A stretch of 64,000 bases of DNA, taken from Vicinamibacteria bacterium (lineage in GTDB: Bacteria > Acidobacteriota > Vicinamibacteria > Marinacidobacterales > Marinacidobacteraceae). Numbering within the stretch: the stretch's first letter is position 1; the number at the start of each line of letters is the position of its first letter. The stretch covers positions 1,472,001-1,536,000 of the forward strand of contig OY729431.1 in the NCBI GenBank assembly GCA_963422395.1, given 5' to 3'. This document shows, one piece after another, positions 1 to 9,789 of this stretch. Position numbers and translations under genes: made by a program. The notes beneath the pieces are model-generated. The model searched no databases. It was not told the DNA's origin and saw only the letters and a list, made by a program, of their open reading frames with translations.

Positions 1-1045
1 CGGTTTTGCCGTCGAGTACGGTGAGGATGCCGCCGTCGCTGACGAGGATGAGCCGGCCCCGGTGGAAGACGGGTGACGGTACATACCCCTGCCCCTTCCG
101 ATAGCTCCACACGAGCGAACCGTCCTCGACATCGAGGGCGAGGATCCGCTTCTGCGGATAGCCGGTGACGGCGAACACCAGACCGTCCCCGGAAGCCGCC
201 GGGGTCGGGACCGCGTTGCCCGAGAGGCCCTCCGCGCGCCAGCGCTCCCGGCCGGTGGCACTCTCATAGGCAGCGATCGCCCGGACGCCCATGGCCACCA
301 CCAGCGAGGTTCCGTCGCTGGTCTCGACGATCGCCGGGGTGGCCCAGCCCGCCGGCTGCTCCCGTTCTCGCCGCCAGGCGAGCTCCCCGGTGGCGGTATC
401 GAGGGCGGCGAGGAAGGAGCCTTCGCCCCCCTCCACATCGTTTTGCAGCACTACCAGCCCCGCGCTCGCGACGACCACCGGCGAGATGCCCACCCCCATG
501 CCCATCGTCCCGACACCGCCGAAATCCCGGGACCAGAGCGGCTCGCCGTCGAGGCCGAAGGCGTGGAGCCCCTGCGAGCCGAACCAGGCCACCACCCGTT
601 CGCCGTCGCTCGCCGGAGTGGGGTTCGCGTAGGAGCTCACCCGGTGGCGGTTGTCGAAGGGCAGCGCCGAAGGCTGCGCCGTCCTCCGCCAGCGGACTTC
701 GCCGCTTCGCCGGTCGAGGGCGAGCAGCACCGCTTCGAGCCGCCGATCGGCACCGAGGCTGTCGGGGTGGAGGAATTCCTCTTCCCCCATGAAGTGGATC
801 ACCGCGCGGGCGCCGGGGACGGTCTCACCGGGGACCGCGGTGGTGAGGAACACCGCGTCGCCGACCACGATCGGCGATGAATTCCCCCGCCCCCCGATCC
901 GCAGCTTCCAGAGGATGTTCTCGTCCTCCTGCCAGCGCAGCGGCCCTGCCGCGTCCACGACCGCCCGCCCGCCGGGGCCGCGCCAGCCGGGCCAATCCTG
1001 CGCCGCGAGCGAGAGGGCGGCCGCGGCCAAGAGGGCGAACTTCAC
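1..1045 (-). CDS. PQQ/BamB-like beta-propeller repeat protein (3' end runs off window)
   Basis: Not in ORF track. Manual translation from GTG at 1045 (GTGA overlap with upstream stop) gives a signal peptide, then AQDWPGWRGPGG, NILWKL, NSSPIV, NPTP, YVPSP motifs. Confidence 0.8.
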   Translation of the reverse strand, partial: MKFALLAAAALSLAAQDWPGWRGPGGRAVVDAAGPLRWQEDENILWKLRIGGRGNSSPIVVGDAVFLTTAVPGETVPGARAVIHFMGEEEFLHPDSLGADRRLEAVLLALDRRSGEVRWRRTAQPSALPFDNRHRVSSYANPTPASDGERVVAWFGSQGLHAFGLDGEPLWSRDFGGVGTMGMGVGISPVVVASAGLVVLQNDVEGGEGSFLAALDTATGELAWRREREQPAGWATPAIVETSDGTSLVVAMGVRAIAAYESATGRERWRAEGLSGNAVPTPAASGDGLVFAVTGYPQKRILALDVEDGSLVWSYRKGQGYVPSPVFHRGRLILVSDGGILTVLDGKT

Positions 1046-2427
1046 TGCGGGGCCTCGCGGAAGGCATAGAGGTGGTCCACGCCGCGCAGGAAGATGGTCC
1101 CTCCGGCCACCGCGGGAGAGGCCCAGAGCGCCTCGGGGATCGAGCTCTCGGCGACGATCTCGAACTCGCGCCCGGCGCGGAAGACCGTCAAGTCGCCTTC
1201 GAGGCTGCCGATGAGGATGTTCCCCTCGTAGCCGATCGGCGAAGCGTGGTAGCGCCCCGGGTTCGACGGCCGCCCCTGGAAGAGAAGGGTGCCGCTCTCC
1301 GGATCGAGCGCGGTGACCACTCCGCCGTCCGACAGGAAGAAGAGGAGGCCGCGGTAGAGGAGCGCCGACGGCAGGTAGCCGGTGCCGCGCTCGTAGGACC
1401 ACCGGGTCTCCGGCGGAGCTGGGCCCGTGAGGGAAAGGGCGCGCATTTCCTTCCTGGGATATCCCGTCGAGACGAAGACGAGCCGCTCGCCGCCGAGGGG
1501 AGCGTGGACCGGAGTGTGGATCACATTCGAGTCGAAACCGGCAGTTCGCCAGATTTCGGCGCCGCTCGCCGGGTCGTAGCCGGCGATCCGGTCGTAGCTC
1601 GGGACCACCAGCTGCGTTTCGCCGCCGACCGGGAGCAGCGCGGGGGTCCCCCAGCTCTTCCGCACCCGGCGCGGAGTGGTCCAGACCACCACGCCCGAGC
1701 GCCGATCCACCGCGAAGATCCGGGACCTCTCCCCGCCGTCGTCGTCGCAGACGAGGAGGAGGAGCTCCTCGTGGAGCACCGGGGAGATGCCGTGGCCGAG
1801 CCCCCAGACTCCGAAATCGCCCAAGTCCGTCTCCCAAACGGGTTCTCCGTCCAGGGTGAAGGCGAAGAGCCCTTCCGAGCCGAAGAAGAAATAGACCCGT
1901 TCCCCGTCGGTCAGTGCGGTGGGGGAGGCGTAGGTGTTGCCGCGGTGGCGGTCGTCGTACACCGGGCCTTCGCGCACCGCCCGCCGCCATAGTTCCTCGC
2001 CGTTCGCGGCGTCGTAGGCGAGTGCGAGCAGGACATGCGACCGCTCGCCGTCCAGGCTCCCCGGGTGCAGGTACATTTCGCCGTCCCGGATGTGCTCCGG
2101 CGGCGCCTTCCCGGGAAGCACCTCGCCGGCTACTGCAGCGGAGACGAACAGGCGCCTGCCCCAGACGATGGGCGACGAGTGGCCTTCGCCCGGAGTCACC
2201 GTCTTCCAGATCCCGGTCGCTTCCGGATCGAAACGGATCGGGAGCCCGGTCTCGTTCGAGACGCCGTCGGCAGTCGGCCCCCGCCAGTTCGGCCAGTGCG
2301 CCGGCGGCTCACCGCTATTCGGCCCTCGCTCCGGGCTCGGCAAGGCCGGTCCAGCGGGAGACGGACCCACTCCTGAGAGGAAGAACAACGGGAGGAGCAG
2401 CGGGACCGCCGCAGGAGGGACGCTCAC
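1042..2427 (-). CDS. PQQ/BamB-like beta-propeller repeat protein
   Basis: C-terminal part of track ORF 1042..3366; WPNWRGP, GHSSPIVWG, YASPTA, SWGTP, WASPAV repeats; GTG at 2427 overlaps upstream stop (GTGA); signal-like N-terminus. Confidence 0.85.
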   Translation of the reverse strand: MSVPPAAVPLLLPLFFLSGVGPSPAGPALPSPERGPNSGEPPAHWPNWRGPTADGVSNETGLPIRFDPEATGIWKTVTPGEGHSSPIVWGRRLFVSAAVAGEVLPGKAPPEHIRDGEMYLHPGSLDGERSHVLLALAYDAANGEELWRRAVREGPVYDDRHRGNTYASPTALTDGERVYFFFGSEGLFAFTLDGEPVWETDLGDFGVWGLGHGISPVLHEELLLLVCDDDGGERSRIFAVDRRSGVVVWTTPRRVRKSWGTPALLPVGGETQLVVPSYDRIAGYDPASGAEIWRTAGFDSNVIHTPVHAPLGGERLVFVSTGYPRKEMRALSLTGPAPPETRWSYERGTGYLPSALLYRGLLFFLSDGGVVTALDPESGTLLFQGRPSNPGRYHASPIGYEGNILIGSLEGDLTVFRAGREFEIVAESSIPEALWASPAVAGGTIFLRGVDHLYAFREAPQ

Positions 2428-3713
2428 GGAGGCTTCTCCCGCGTATTGTGCATCTCTCCGGCGGCTTCCGAGGTGCGTTTCAGGAACCTTGTGCCGCCGA
2501 TCTCGCCCCCGTCTTCGAAGTCGCCGATCAGTCGGGGGTGGTGCTGCAACGCCTTCGCCTCCGCCCGCCTGCGGGCCTCGGAGAGTTTCGAGCGCGGGTG
2601 GATCAACTGGCGAACCCGCCGCCGGATCCGATGAGCGAGCAGTTTCGAACGCTCTCCGAAGGACAAGCCCGCCCCATCCGGCACGGCAAAGGTATTCGCG
2701 AGCCCGGCACGCCAGAACCTGCCGTTGGCGTGTTCCCGCAGAGTTTCGCGGGGAGTGTCCAGCCGGGCGATGGATTCCGCCAGCCATCGCGAAGTCGCTG
2801 CGCCAGGGATGTGGGTGGTGGCTGGGGCGTCCGGCCAGAACCAGATCAGCAGCTGCCGCGCCGCTGCCAGCTCCTCGGGGTGGCGGGTGAAGGCACGCTC
2901 GATCACCGACCAGTCGACTCGCCCTCCGGCAGCCGTGACTAGCAGGTAGATGTGATAGCTGTAGCGCAGATCGAGCGACCGATCGCGGTAATGGTGATGG
3001 TCGAGCAGGTCGTGGGCGATGGCCTGCGCGACTTTTCCCGACGAGGTCAGCTGCCAGGCGCGCAGCGGCGGGTCGAATTCCGGCGCGGCGACGGGTTCGC
3101 GCGCATCCGCAGCCAGCATCCGCAGCGGATCGCCGCCGTTCAGCAAGCGTCGGTGCAACTCGACGGTCACCCCGCCCGGTCCCACGAGAGCCGGAGCGTG
3201 CTTCTCCTCGCGTGCTTCCGGCCACGGGGAGAGATCCCCGGGTTCGATCTCCTGATAGCCGCGCTCGCGGAGTGCCCGCCAAGCAGAGCCTACTGTCTCG
3301 GGCGGAAGCAGCACATCCAGGTCCATCATGAAGCGCCGGCCGCGCAGATCGGCCGGCTCGCTCCATAGTTCTGCCGAGCCCTTGAACAGCAGCGGCTCGA
3401 TGCTGCGCTCGTTCAAGAACGCGACCAGGCGCATCAACTCATCTTCGAGCGCAGCATGACGCCGCTCGCTCCCTTCGATGAGCCAGCGGCAGTAGCCGCC
3501 GAGAGAATCGTCGCTGTCGGCGATGCGCAGCGGATGCCGCACCACTGCGTGGGCGAGCGCCGGCCCTAGCCAGAAGCGGTTGGCCAGCTCGAAGAGATCC
3601 GGCCAGTCCACCTGGGCCGCCGGCGGGAATTCGTCCCAGCGAGTCGGGTGCTCCAGAGTTGCGAGGGCGCGGCACAGATTCCGGATGAGAGCCTCTGTTC
3701 CCGATTCCTGCAT
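2424..3713 (-). CDS. nucleotidyltransferase family protein (NTP_transf_5-like)
   Basis: LLFKG...RRFMMDLDVLL and VELH motifs typical of this family; TGATG overlap with the upstream frame. Confidence 0.8.
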   Translation of the reverse strand: MQESGTEALIRNLCRALATLEHPTRWDEFPPAAQVDWPDLFELANRFWLGPALAHAVVRHPLRIADSDDSLGGYCRWLIEGSERRHAALEDELMRLVAFLNERSIEPLLFKGSAELWSEPADLRGRRFMMDLDVLLPPETVGSAWRALRERGYQEIEPGDLSPWPEAREEKHAPALVGPGGVTVELHRRLLNGGDPLRMLAADAREPVAAPEFDPPLRAWQLTSSGKVAQAIAHDLLDHHHYRDRSLDLRYSYHIYLLVTAAGGRVDWSVIERAFTRHPEELAAARQLLIWFWPDAPATTHIPGAATSRWLAESIARLDTPRETLREHANGRFWRAGLANTFAVPDGAGLSFGERSKLLAHRIRRRVRQLIHPRSKLSEARRRAEAKALQHHPRLIGDFEDGGEIGGTRFLKRTSEAAGEMHNTREKPP

Positions 3714-5048
3714 CAGCCGTACCAGGCCACCGCCTGTTCCTCCATCCAGCGGACGACGCGATCGCAGGCGCCGTATCGAACCTCGAAGGCCGGCAGCGCC
3801 GCGAGGTGATCGACGAAGGCGATGGCCTCTTCGGCGTGTCCGATCCGCCGCTGGCGATAGCCGTTGCGGGTCATTGCGAGCACCGCTTCAGGCAGCGAGA
3901 GCGGCCGGACGGCCAGCTCCTCTCCCGGTACGAATCGAGGCGCGACCAGCACTGTGGGAATCGGGGGCTCCTCGGCGGGTGGTCCCTGGGCAGGGTCTTC
4001 CGTCCGCACCGCCGAAGGGAACTGATGGCGCCCATCTCTCTCTCTCTCTCTCTCTCTCTCTGGCAGAGGGCGGCCAGTAGAGGACGAACCGACGCCCGTC
4101 CGGGCGCTCCAGCACTGGAGGCAGGCCGTCGGGGTCCATGCCAGCGGCCTTCCAGGCGCCCTCCTTGATGGCGAGGGGCACTTCGGTGGGCAGCGGTCGG
4201 AGTTCCTCGTCGAGGACGATGGCATCGTCTGACGAACAGATGCCGCCCCGGTCGGTCAACACTTTCGAAAGGGTCGTCTTGCCGGCGCCGGTCGGAGCGG
4301 GTAGCAGCCACTGCACGCCGCGGAAGCACACAGAAGCGCCGTGACACCAGAATCGATACGGGAGTGCTTCGCAAACCGCCTCGAACGCCGCGGCGACGAC
4401 GGCTCCGGCGAGCTGCCCCAGGTTCGCGCAGGGGACGAGCCGCCCTTCCGGCAGGACGACCTGATAGGCATCGGACCCGAGGGAGTCCACGGCTAGCTCC
4501 ATCACTGGGCCTGGCGGCCTGTCCCCTCCTCGATCACTACGCCGGTGGACGGAGTCCACCGGCCGTCGAGCTGCGATCGCCTGGTCCGCCACTCGCCGCA
4601 GCAGGTGCGCCGCCCGGGCCGCCGCTCGCTCTGGGCCGCGGAAATTCACCCGCACCGCCGCCGGCGGAAACACGAACGACTCTGCGCGTTCCGAGAGCCG
4701 AGGGGTGCGAGGGGGGCGCTCGCGCCGTCTGTCTTGCCCCTCAGAGATCCGCCCCGGCCGGAACGGCAGGTCGGGCAGCGGGAGTGAGGGGTCGGCCAGC
4801 GTCGCCGCGTTGGCACGCGCGATTTCCAGGCTGGTGCCGCCGATGTCCGGCTCCAGTTCGTCGGCCGCCGGTTCCGGCCGTTCGGCTGCGAGTGCCTGCA
4901 AGAAGCGCCAGGAGGTCCAGTCCAGCCACACCAGCGACTGACGCTTGCGGCAGTAGACGAGCGGGCTGGAGACGAGCGGACCGGCCGCCGAACTGCCGAG
5001 TGGCGGCTCTAGAACCTCCCAGGCAACGAGGTGCGGAAGGCCGGACAG
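3713..5048 (-). pseudogene. HPr-kinase-related P-loop protein with N-terminal PqqD/RRE-like segment; frameshifted at (TC)13 tract (possibly phase-OFF)
   Basis: Frame of ORF 3888..4931 has HGASV...LLPAPTGAGKTT...SDD (HPrK-like). The plausible C-terminus (LVAPRFVPG..PLSLPEAVL..LPAFEVRYG) lies in the frame of ORF 3713..4225. The switch coincides with the repeat at 4035-4061. Start uncertain (GTG 4931 or CTG 5048). Confidence 0.7.
4035..4061. repeat. perfect dinucleotide simple sequence repeat (TC)13T
   Basis: Directly visible: ...ccca tctctctctctctctctctctctctct ggc...; only such tract noticed in the window. Confidence 0.97.
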
Positions 5049-5224
5049 CTCTTTCCTGGCAGCCTGCGCCGCAGGAAAGAGTGAGGTCGAGGTGGGGAGG
5101 ATGGGTGCGTCGGGAGGATGGACGAGGTTCTATCGGGGTTTCGCGGTAACCGCCGCAGGAGAGATGCGCACGTCAGGTCCCCGCGTATTGTCCGCTGGAG
5201 TGATAGCAGTGACTTTGGGCGAAG

Positions 5225-5243
5225 TGCCGTGTGACTTCATCCA
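5225..5243 (-). repeat. remnant of MITE end sequence
   Basis: TGCCGTGTGACTTCATCCA matches 45506-45524 (TGCCGTGTGACTTTGTCCA) at 17/19 positions. Confidence 0.5.
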
Positions 5244-5259
5244 TGCATAGAAGGCTGTT

Positions 5260-5604
5260 TCAAGCCAAGAACCGAAAGGCGGCGAAGAGGAGCCCGGCGA
5301 TGGCCAGGGTGGCGAGCATGCCCCGGCGCTCGCTGGCGCTGATCGCTGCGGAGAGTTTAGCATAGCTCGTCTCGATGGCGGCTTCGAGGTGGACGCGGAG
5401 CGTGTCGAGGTCGGACTTCGCCGCGGCTTCGAGGCGCTCGAGGCGGGCGGTGAGCGCGGTTTCGAGGCGGTCGAGGTCGGACTTCGAGGCGCCGGATCCA
5501 TCGGCGAGCGCGAGCTCGGTGACGATGGCGCGGGCAATGGCAGGATCGGCCCCGGCGGCGATGATGCGTTCGGCGGCGGCTGCGGTATCGAGGGAGTAGG
5601 GCAT
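5260..5604 (-). CDS. DUF1640/CCDC90-like small coiled-coil protein with C-terminal TM helix
   Basis: ATG 5604 after AGGAG; LDT..A.ERI.AAG...A.AIV N-terminus, repeated KSDLD motif, hydrophobic C-terminus. Confidence 0.7.
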   Translation of the reverse strand: MPYSLDTAAAAERIIAAGADPAIARAIVTELALADGSGASKSDLDRLETALTARLERLEAAAKSDLDTLRVHLEAAIETSYAKLSAAISASERRGMLATLAIAGLLFAAFRFLA

Positions 5605-5792
5605 GGTGAGCTCCTGTGGTCGGGCGATCGGGAATTCGCAATCTACAGCATCGACCACCACCACCCCATCGGGCACCTCCACCTCGTCGAGGTTGTGTGC
5701 GGCCCTTCCCCTGAAGATAGCCAGCTCTGCTCGCGGCGACGATGGCTTCGCGGCTTGGGTGCGTGCCGCCGCCGATAGAATCCCGGCCCGCC

Positions 5793-8099
5793 GTGCCTAC
5801 TGGACCCCCTTTCGGATTCTTTGCCGGCCCTTCCACCAGCCGGGCTGACTCTCGGATCCGGCCGGCGATCCCTCCCGCCCTGCCGGTGGTTTTCACCGCT
5901 TGTCTCTTCGCCGCCGGCGCTTTTTCAGCCGACTGGCCCGAGGGTCGAGGACCGACGCGCGACGGCCGCTCACCGGAGACCGGTCTTCCCGAATCCTGGT
6001 CGCCCGACGGAGAGAACCTCCTGTTCCGGGCGCCTTACGGCGGCCGCTCCACCCCGGTGATCCTCGGCGGCCGCCTGTTCCTCCAGACCGCGGTCGGCGA
6101 GGGCGAGACCCGCCAGGCCCGGCTGCTCGCCCTCGACGCCGGCACCGGCGAACTGCTCTGGGAAGAGCGCCGCAACATCTACCACTCCGATGCGCCCCCC
6201 CGGCGGGTGGGATGGGCTTCTCCGGCCGCCGACGCCGAGACCGGGACGGTGTTCTGGTTCACCGTCGGCGGCGGGCTTTCCGCCTTGGCTGCCGAAAGCG
6301 GAAACCTCCGCTGGGAGCGCTCGCTGCCCGAAGAACTCGGCCTGGTGACCACCCACGGGGGGCGGACCGCTTCGCCGCTGATCCTCGGGGACCTGGTGAT
6401 CCTTTCCGGTCTCACTTCCTCCTGGGGGGCGCAGGCGCGCGGCAGCCAGCGCTTCTTCGCCTTCGACAAGCGGACCGGCGAGATCGTCTGGCTCTCGACG
6501 CCCGGCGGCCGTCCCTTCGACACGACCTACTCCCCCGCCCTGGTCCGCAAGGTCGCCGGTCAGCGGCTTCTGCTGGTGGGCGGCGGCGACGGGGCGTTCC
6601 ACGCGATCCAGCCGACCACCGGAGCCTCGGTCTGGCGGTTCCCGATGAGCAAGCGCGGAGTGAACAGCGGGGCGGTGGTCTTCGGAAACCTCGCGGTGGT
6701 GAGCCACGGCGAGGAGAACCTCGAGTCCTCGCAGATGGGCCTGCTGGCGGCGCTCGACGCCCGCTCCTCCGGCGAGATCGCGCGAAGCGAGGCGCTCTGG
6801 GAAGCGCCGGGCTTCATGGGGGGCTATTCCTCCGGCGTCGGTGATGGAGAAATCCTCTACCAGCTCGACAACAGCGCGAACCTGACCGCTTTCTCCGCGA
6901 ACGACGGCGCCGAGCTCTGGTCGGAAAACCTCGGCACCATCCAGCGCGCCTCTCCGGTGCTCGCCGACGGCAAGCTCTATGTGGGGACCGCGAACGGCCG
7001 GTTCTTCATCCTGCGGCCGGGCCGCGAAGGCGTCCTCGTGCTCGACGACGACCGGCTCGGCACCGAAAGCGCCCTGGAGGAAATCCTGGCTTCGGCGGCG
7101 ATCAGCGACGGTGTCGTGTACCTGGTCTCTACCGGAGCGCTCTACGCGATCGGCGAGCGCCGCCCGACCCTCGAAGCTCCGCCCGAAGCTCCGATTGACG
7201 CCTCCTCCCCTGAGATCTCCCCCGAAGCTCCTTCTCCGCCGGTGCGTATCCCGGTGCGCCTGTTGGTCTCCCCCACCGAGGAGATCCTGGCGCCCGGGGA
7301 CGAGGTCCCGCTCACGGTGCGGGCCTTCGACGAGCTCGGCGATCCGGTGGACCCCCCGGCGGAACTTCGCTGGTCGGTGGCAGGATTCGATGCGGAGGTC
7401 CGGAACGGGACGCTTTCGGTCGGGGCCGATGCTCCGGAAGGAGCCGGAACGGTGATCGCCGCTGCGGGCGCCATCGAGGGAGCGGCGCGCTTCCGCGTCG
7501 TTCCTCCCCTGCCCTGGCACTGGGATTTCGACGGCGAAGACGCCAGGGTCCCGCCGCAATGGGTGAACGCCGCCGGCAAGTACGAGACGCGCACCGCCTT
7601 CGCCGGCGAGCGAGAGGAGCGCGTTCTGGTCAAGAAGGCCGACAACCCGTTCCTGCGCCGCGCGCGGGTGTACATGGGCGCTCCGACGCTTTCCGGATAC
7701 ACGGTTTCCGCCGATGTGCTGGCGAAGGAGCGGCGCCGCCAGCTGGGGAACGCCGGGCTCGTCGCCCAGCGCTATCAGTTCGTCCTGATGGGTTCCCACC
7801 AGCGCCTCGAGATCCACTCCTGGCAGGCGACGCCCGGCCGGACCGTCCAGATGCCGTTCGCTTGGGAACCGGACACTTGGTACTCCATGAAGTTCCAGGT
7901 CGTCGAGGACGAGGCCGGAACCGTCGCCCGCGGCAAGGTCTGGCAGCGGAGCGAGCCGGAGCCGGAGGCCTGGACCCTCGACTGGCGCGAGCCGCTGCCG
8001 CATCGCGAGGGGACCCCCGGCATCTTCGCCGACGCGGTGACCGCCGAAGTCTTCTTCGACAACATCCGCGTGGAACCGGGGAACCCGCCCGGAAACTAG
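5793..8099 (+). CDS. PQQ-like beta-propeller protein with C-terminal Ig-like and beta-sandwich domains
   Basis: ADWPEGRGP, STPVI, WASPA, TYSP, RASPVLADGKLYVG; start GTG 5793 (downstream of TAGAAT 5776-5781) or ATG 5742. Confidence 0.85.
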   Translation: MPTGPPFGFFAGPSTSRADSRIRPAIPPALPVVFTACLFAAGAFSADWPEGRGPTRDGRSPETGLPESWSPDGENLLFRAPYGGRSTPVILGGRLFLQTAVGEGETRQARLLALDAGTGELLWEERRNIYHSDAPPRRVGWASPAADAETGTVFWFTVGGGLSALAAESGNLRWERSLPEELGLVTTHGGRTASPLILGDLVILSGLTSSWGAQARGSQRFFAFDKRTGEIVWLSTPGGRPFDTTYSPALVRKVAGQRLLLVGGGDGAFHAIQPTTGASVWRFPMSKRGVNSGAVVFGNLAVVSHGEENLESSQMGLLAALDARSSGEIARSEALWEAPGFMGGYSSGVGDGEILYQLDNSANLTAFSANDGAELWSENLGTIQRASPVLADGKLYVGTANGRFFILRPGREGVLVLDDDRLGTESALEEILASAAISDGVVYLVSTGALYAIGERRPTLEAPPEAPIDASSPEISPEAPSPPVRIPVRLLVSPTEEILAPGDEVPLTVRAFDELGDPVDPPAELRWSVAGFDAEVRNGTLSVGADAPEGAGTVIAAAGAIEGAARFRVVPPLPWHWDFDGEDARVPPQWVNAAGKYETRTAFAGEREERVLVKKADNPFLRRARVYMGAPTLSGYTVSADVLAKERRRQLGNAGLVAQRYQFVLMGSHQRLEIHSWQATPGRTVQMPFAWEPDTWYSMKFQVVEDEAGTVARGKVWQRSEPEPEAWTLDWREPLPHREGTPGIFADAVTAEVFFDNIRVEPGNPPGN

Positions 8100-8116
8100 G
8101 AGGGGAATTCCGCCCC

Positions 8117-9652
8117 ATGCCCTCACGAAAAGGTCTGCCTCCGAGAAGCGTCTCCCGACAGGGCCTCTCCCGGCGAAGCCGGTTCCGACCGAACAGCGGC
8201 CCGGCCCCCGGACTCGCCGCTTTGGCGGCGGCAACCGCTTTGGCGGCGGCCTCGGGATCGGCTTCGGCCCAGGATTGGCCGATGTGGGGCGGCAGTCCCG
8301 ATCGCAACATGGTTTCGGAGAGCCCCGCCCGGCTGCCTTCCGAATGGGATGTGGACAGTGGCCGGAACATCCGCTGGTCAGCCCCGCTCGGCTCGCAGAC
8401 CTACGGCAACCCGGTGGTCGCCGGGGGCCGAGTCTTCATCGGCACCAACAACGAAGCGCTCTACGACGAGGAGATCGTCGGCGACAAGGGCATCCTGTTG
8501 GCCTTCGACGCCGCGACCGGCGAGTTCCTCTGGCAGATGGTCTCGGACAAGCTCGCCTCGGGGCGGGTGAACGACTGGCCCTACCAGGGGGTCTGTTCCT
8601 CGCCCCTCGTCGAGGGGGACCGCCTCTACTATGTGACGAACCGGGGCGAGGTGCTGGCCCTCGACGCCGCGGGGATGGCCGACGGCAACGACGGGCTCTT
8701 CACCGGCGAAGTGCTCGGGTCGCCGAACGACGGTGACATCGTCTGGAAGTTCGACATGATGGAGGAACTCGGTGCCTTCCCGCACAACATGTCGAATGCC
8801 AGCCCGGTGGCCCTCGGCGATCTCCTCTTCGTCAGCACCTCGAACGGGCACGACGAAACGCACGCCAACATCCCCTCCCCGCGCTCTCCTGCGATCATCG
8901 CGCTGGACAAGCGCACCGGCGAACTCGTCTGGGAGCAGAACCAGGTGGGGGAGAACATCCTCCACGGCCAGTGGTCTTCGGCGGGAGTCGGCGAGGTCGC
9001 GGGCCTGGCCCAGGTGGTGATGGGCGAGGGCGACGGCTTCGTCCGCGGCTATGCCGCGGCGAGCGGGGAAATGCTCTGGGAGTTCGATACGAACCCGGCG
9101 GGTTCCGTCTGGCCGCGCACTCGGAACAATGTGATCTCGACTCCGGTGATCCGCGGCGACCGGCTCTATATCGCGAACGGACAGGACCCCGAACACGGCG
9201 AGGGCATCGGCCACCTCTACGCGATAGACCCGACGCAGCGCGGCGACATCACCGAGACCGGACGGCTCTGGCACTACGACGCCATCCGGCGCTCGATCTC
9301 GACCGCCGCGGTGAAGGACGGCATCCTCTACCTTCCGGATTTCTCCGGCTTCCTCCACGCACTCGACCTCGAAACCGGGGAACCGATCTGGGTCCACGAC
9401 ACCTTCGCCGCCGTCTGGGGGTCGCCGCTGATCGCCGACGGCAAGCTCTACCTCGGCGACGAGGATGGGGATGTGGTGGTCCTCCGACCCGGTCCGACGG
9501 AGGAAGTGATCGCCGAGATGAACATGGGCAGCTCGGTCTATTCGAGCGCCGTCCCCGCGAACGGGGTGCTCTACATCGCCAGCCGGAACCGCCTCTTCGC
9601 CATCGAGGAGCGGGAAGAGGCCGCCTCAGGCGCCGGCGGCGGCAGCCGATAG
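8117..9652 (+). CDS. PQQ-like beta-propeller repeat protein
   Basis: ATG 8117 after AGGAGG; signal peptide, QDWPMWGG, TYGNPVVAGG, CSSPLVEG, WGSPLIADGKLY. Confidence 0.88.
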   Translation: MPSRKGLPPRSVSRQGLSRRSRFRPNSGPAPGLAALAAATALAAASGSASAQDWPMWGGSPDRNMVSESPARLPSEWDVDSGRNIRWSAPLGSQTYGNPVVAGGRVFIGTNNEALYDEEIVGDKGILLAFDAATGEFLWQMVSDKLASGRVNDWPYQGVCSSPLVEGDRLYYVTNRGEVLALDAAGMADGNDGLFTGEVLGSPNDGDIVWKFDMMEELGAFPHNMSNASPVALGDLLFVSTSNGHDETHANIPSPRSPAIIALDKRTGELVWEQNQVGENILHGQWSSAGVGEVAGLAQVVMGEGDGFVRGYAAASGEMLWEFDTNPAGSVWPRTRNNVISTPVIRGDRLYIANGQDPEHGEGIGHLYAIDPTQRGDITETGRLWHYDAIRRSISTAAVKDGILYLPDFSGFLHALDLETGEPIWVHDTFAAVWGSPLIADGKLYLGDEDGDVVVLRPGPTEEVIAEMNMGSSVYSSAVPANGVLYIASRNRLFAIEEREEAASGAGGGSR

Positions 9653-9789
9653 CGACTCGCGCACGCCGTCCCCCGATCCGGACACTCCCCTCACCCCGCT
9701 TTCAGCTCGACCGTCCTGGTGTGGACCGCCCTGCTCCTCACTGCCGTCTCAAGCGCTCCAAGCCGCACAACACCTCTGAACGAGGGGGC

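Noticed and set aside
1042-3366. Long N-terminal extensions of track ORFs (also 7559, 8971, 9951, 18690, 43928, 60142, 62163, 62798)
   Set aside because: R/P/G-rich sequence overlapping upstream genes; true starts are marked by RBS, stop-start overlaps or signal peptides
5404-5486. 17-bp direct repeat GTCGAGGTCGGACTTCG, 66 nt apart
   Set aside because: In-frame coding repeat (KSDLD) of the coiled-coil protein
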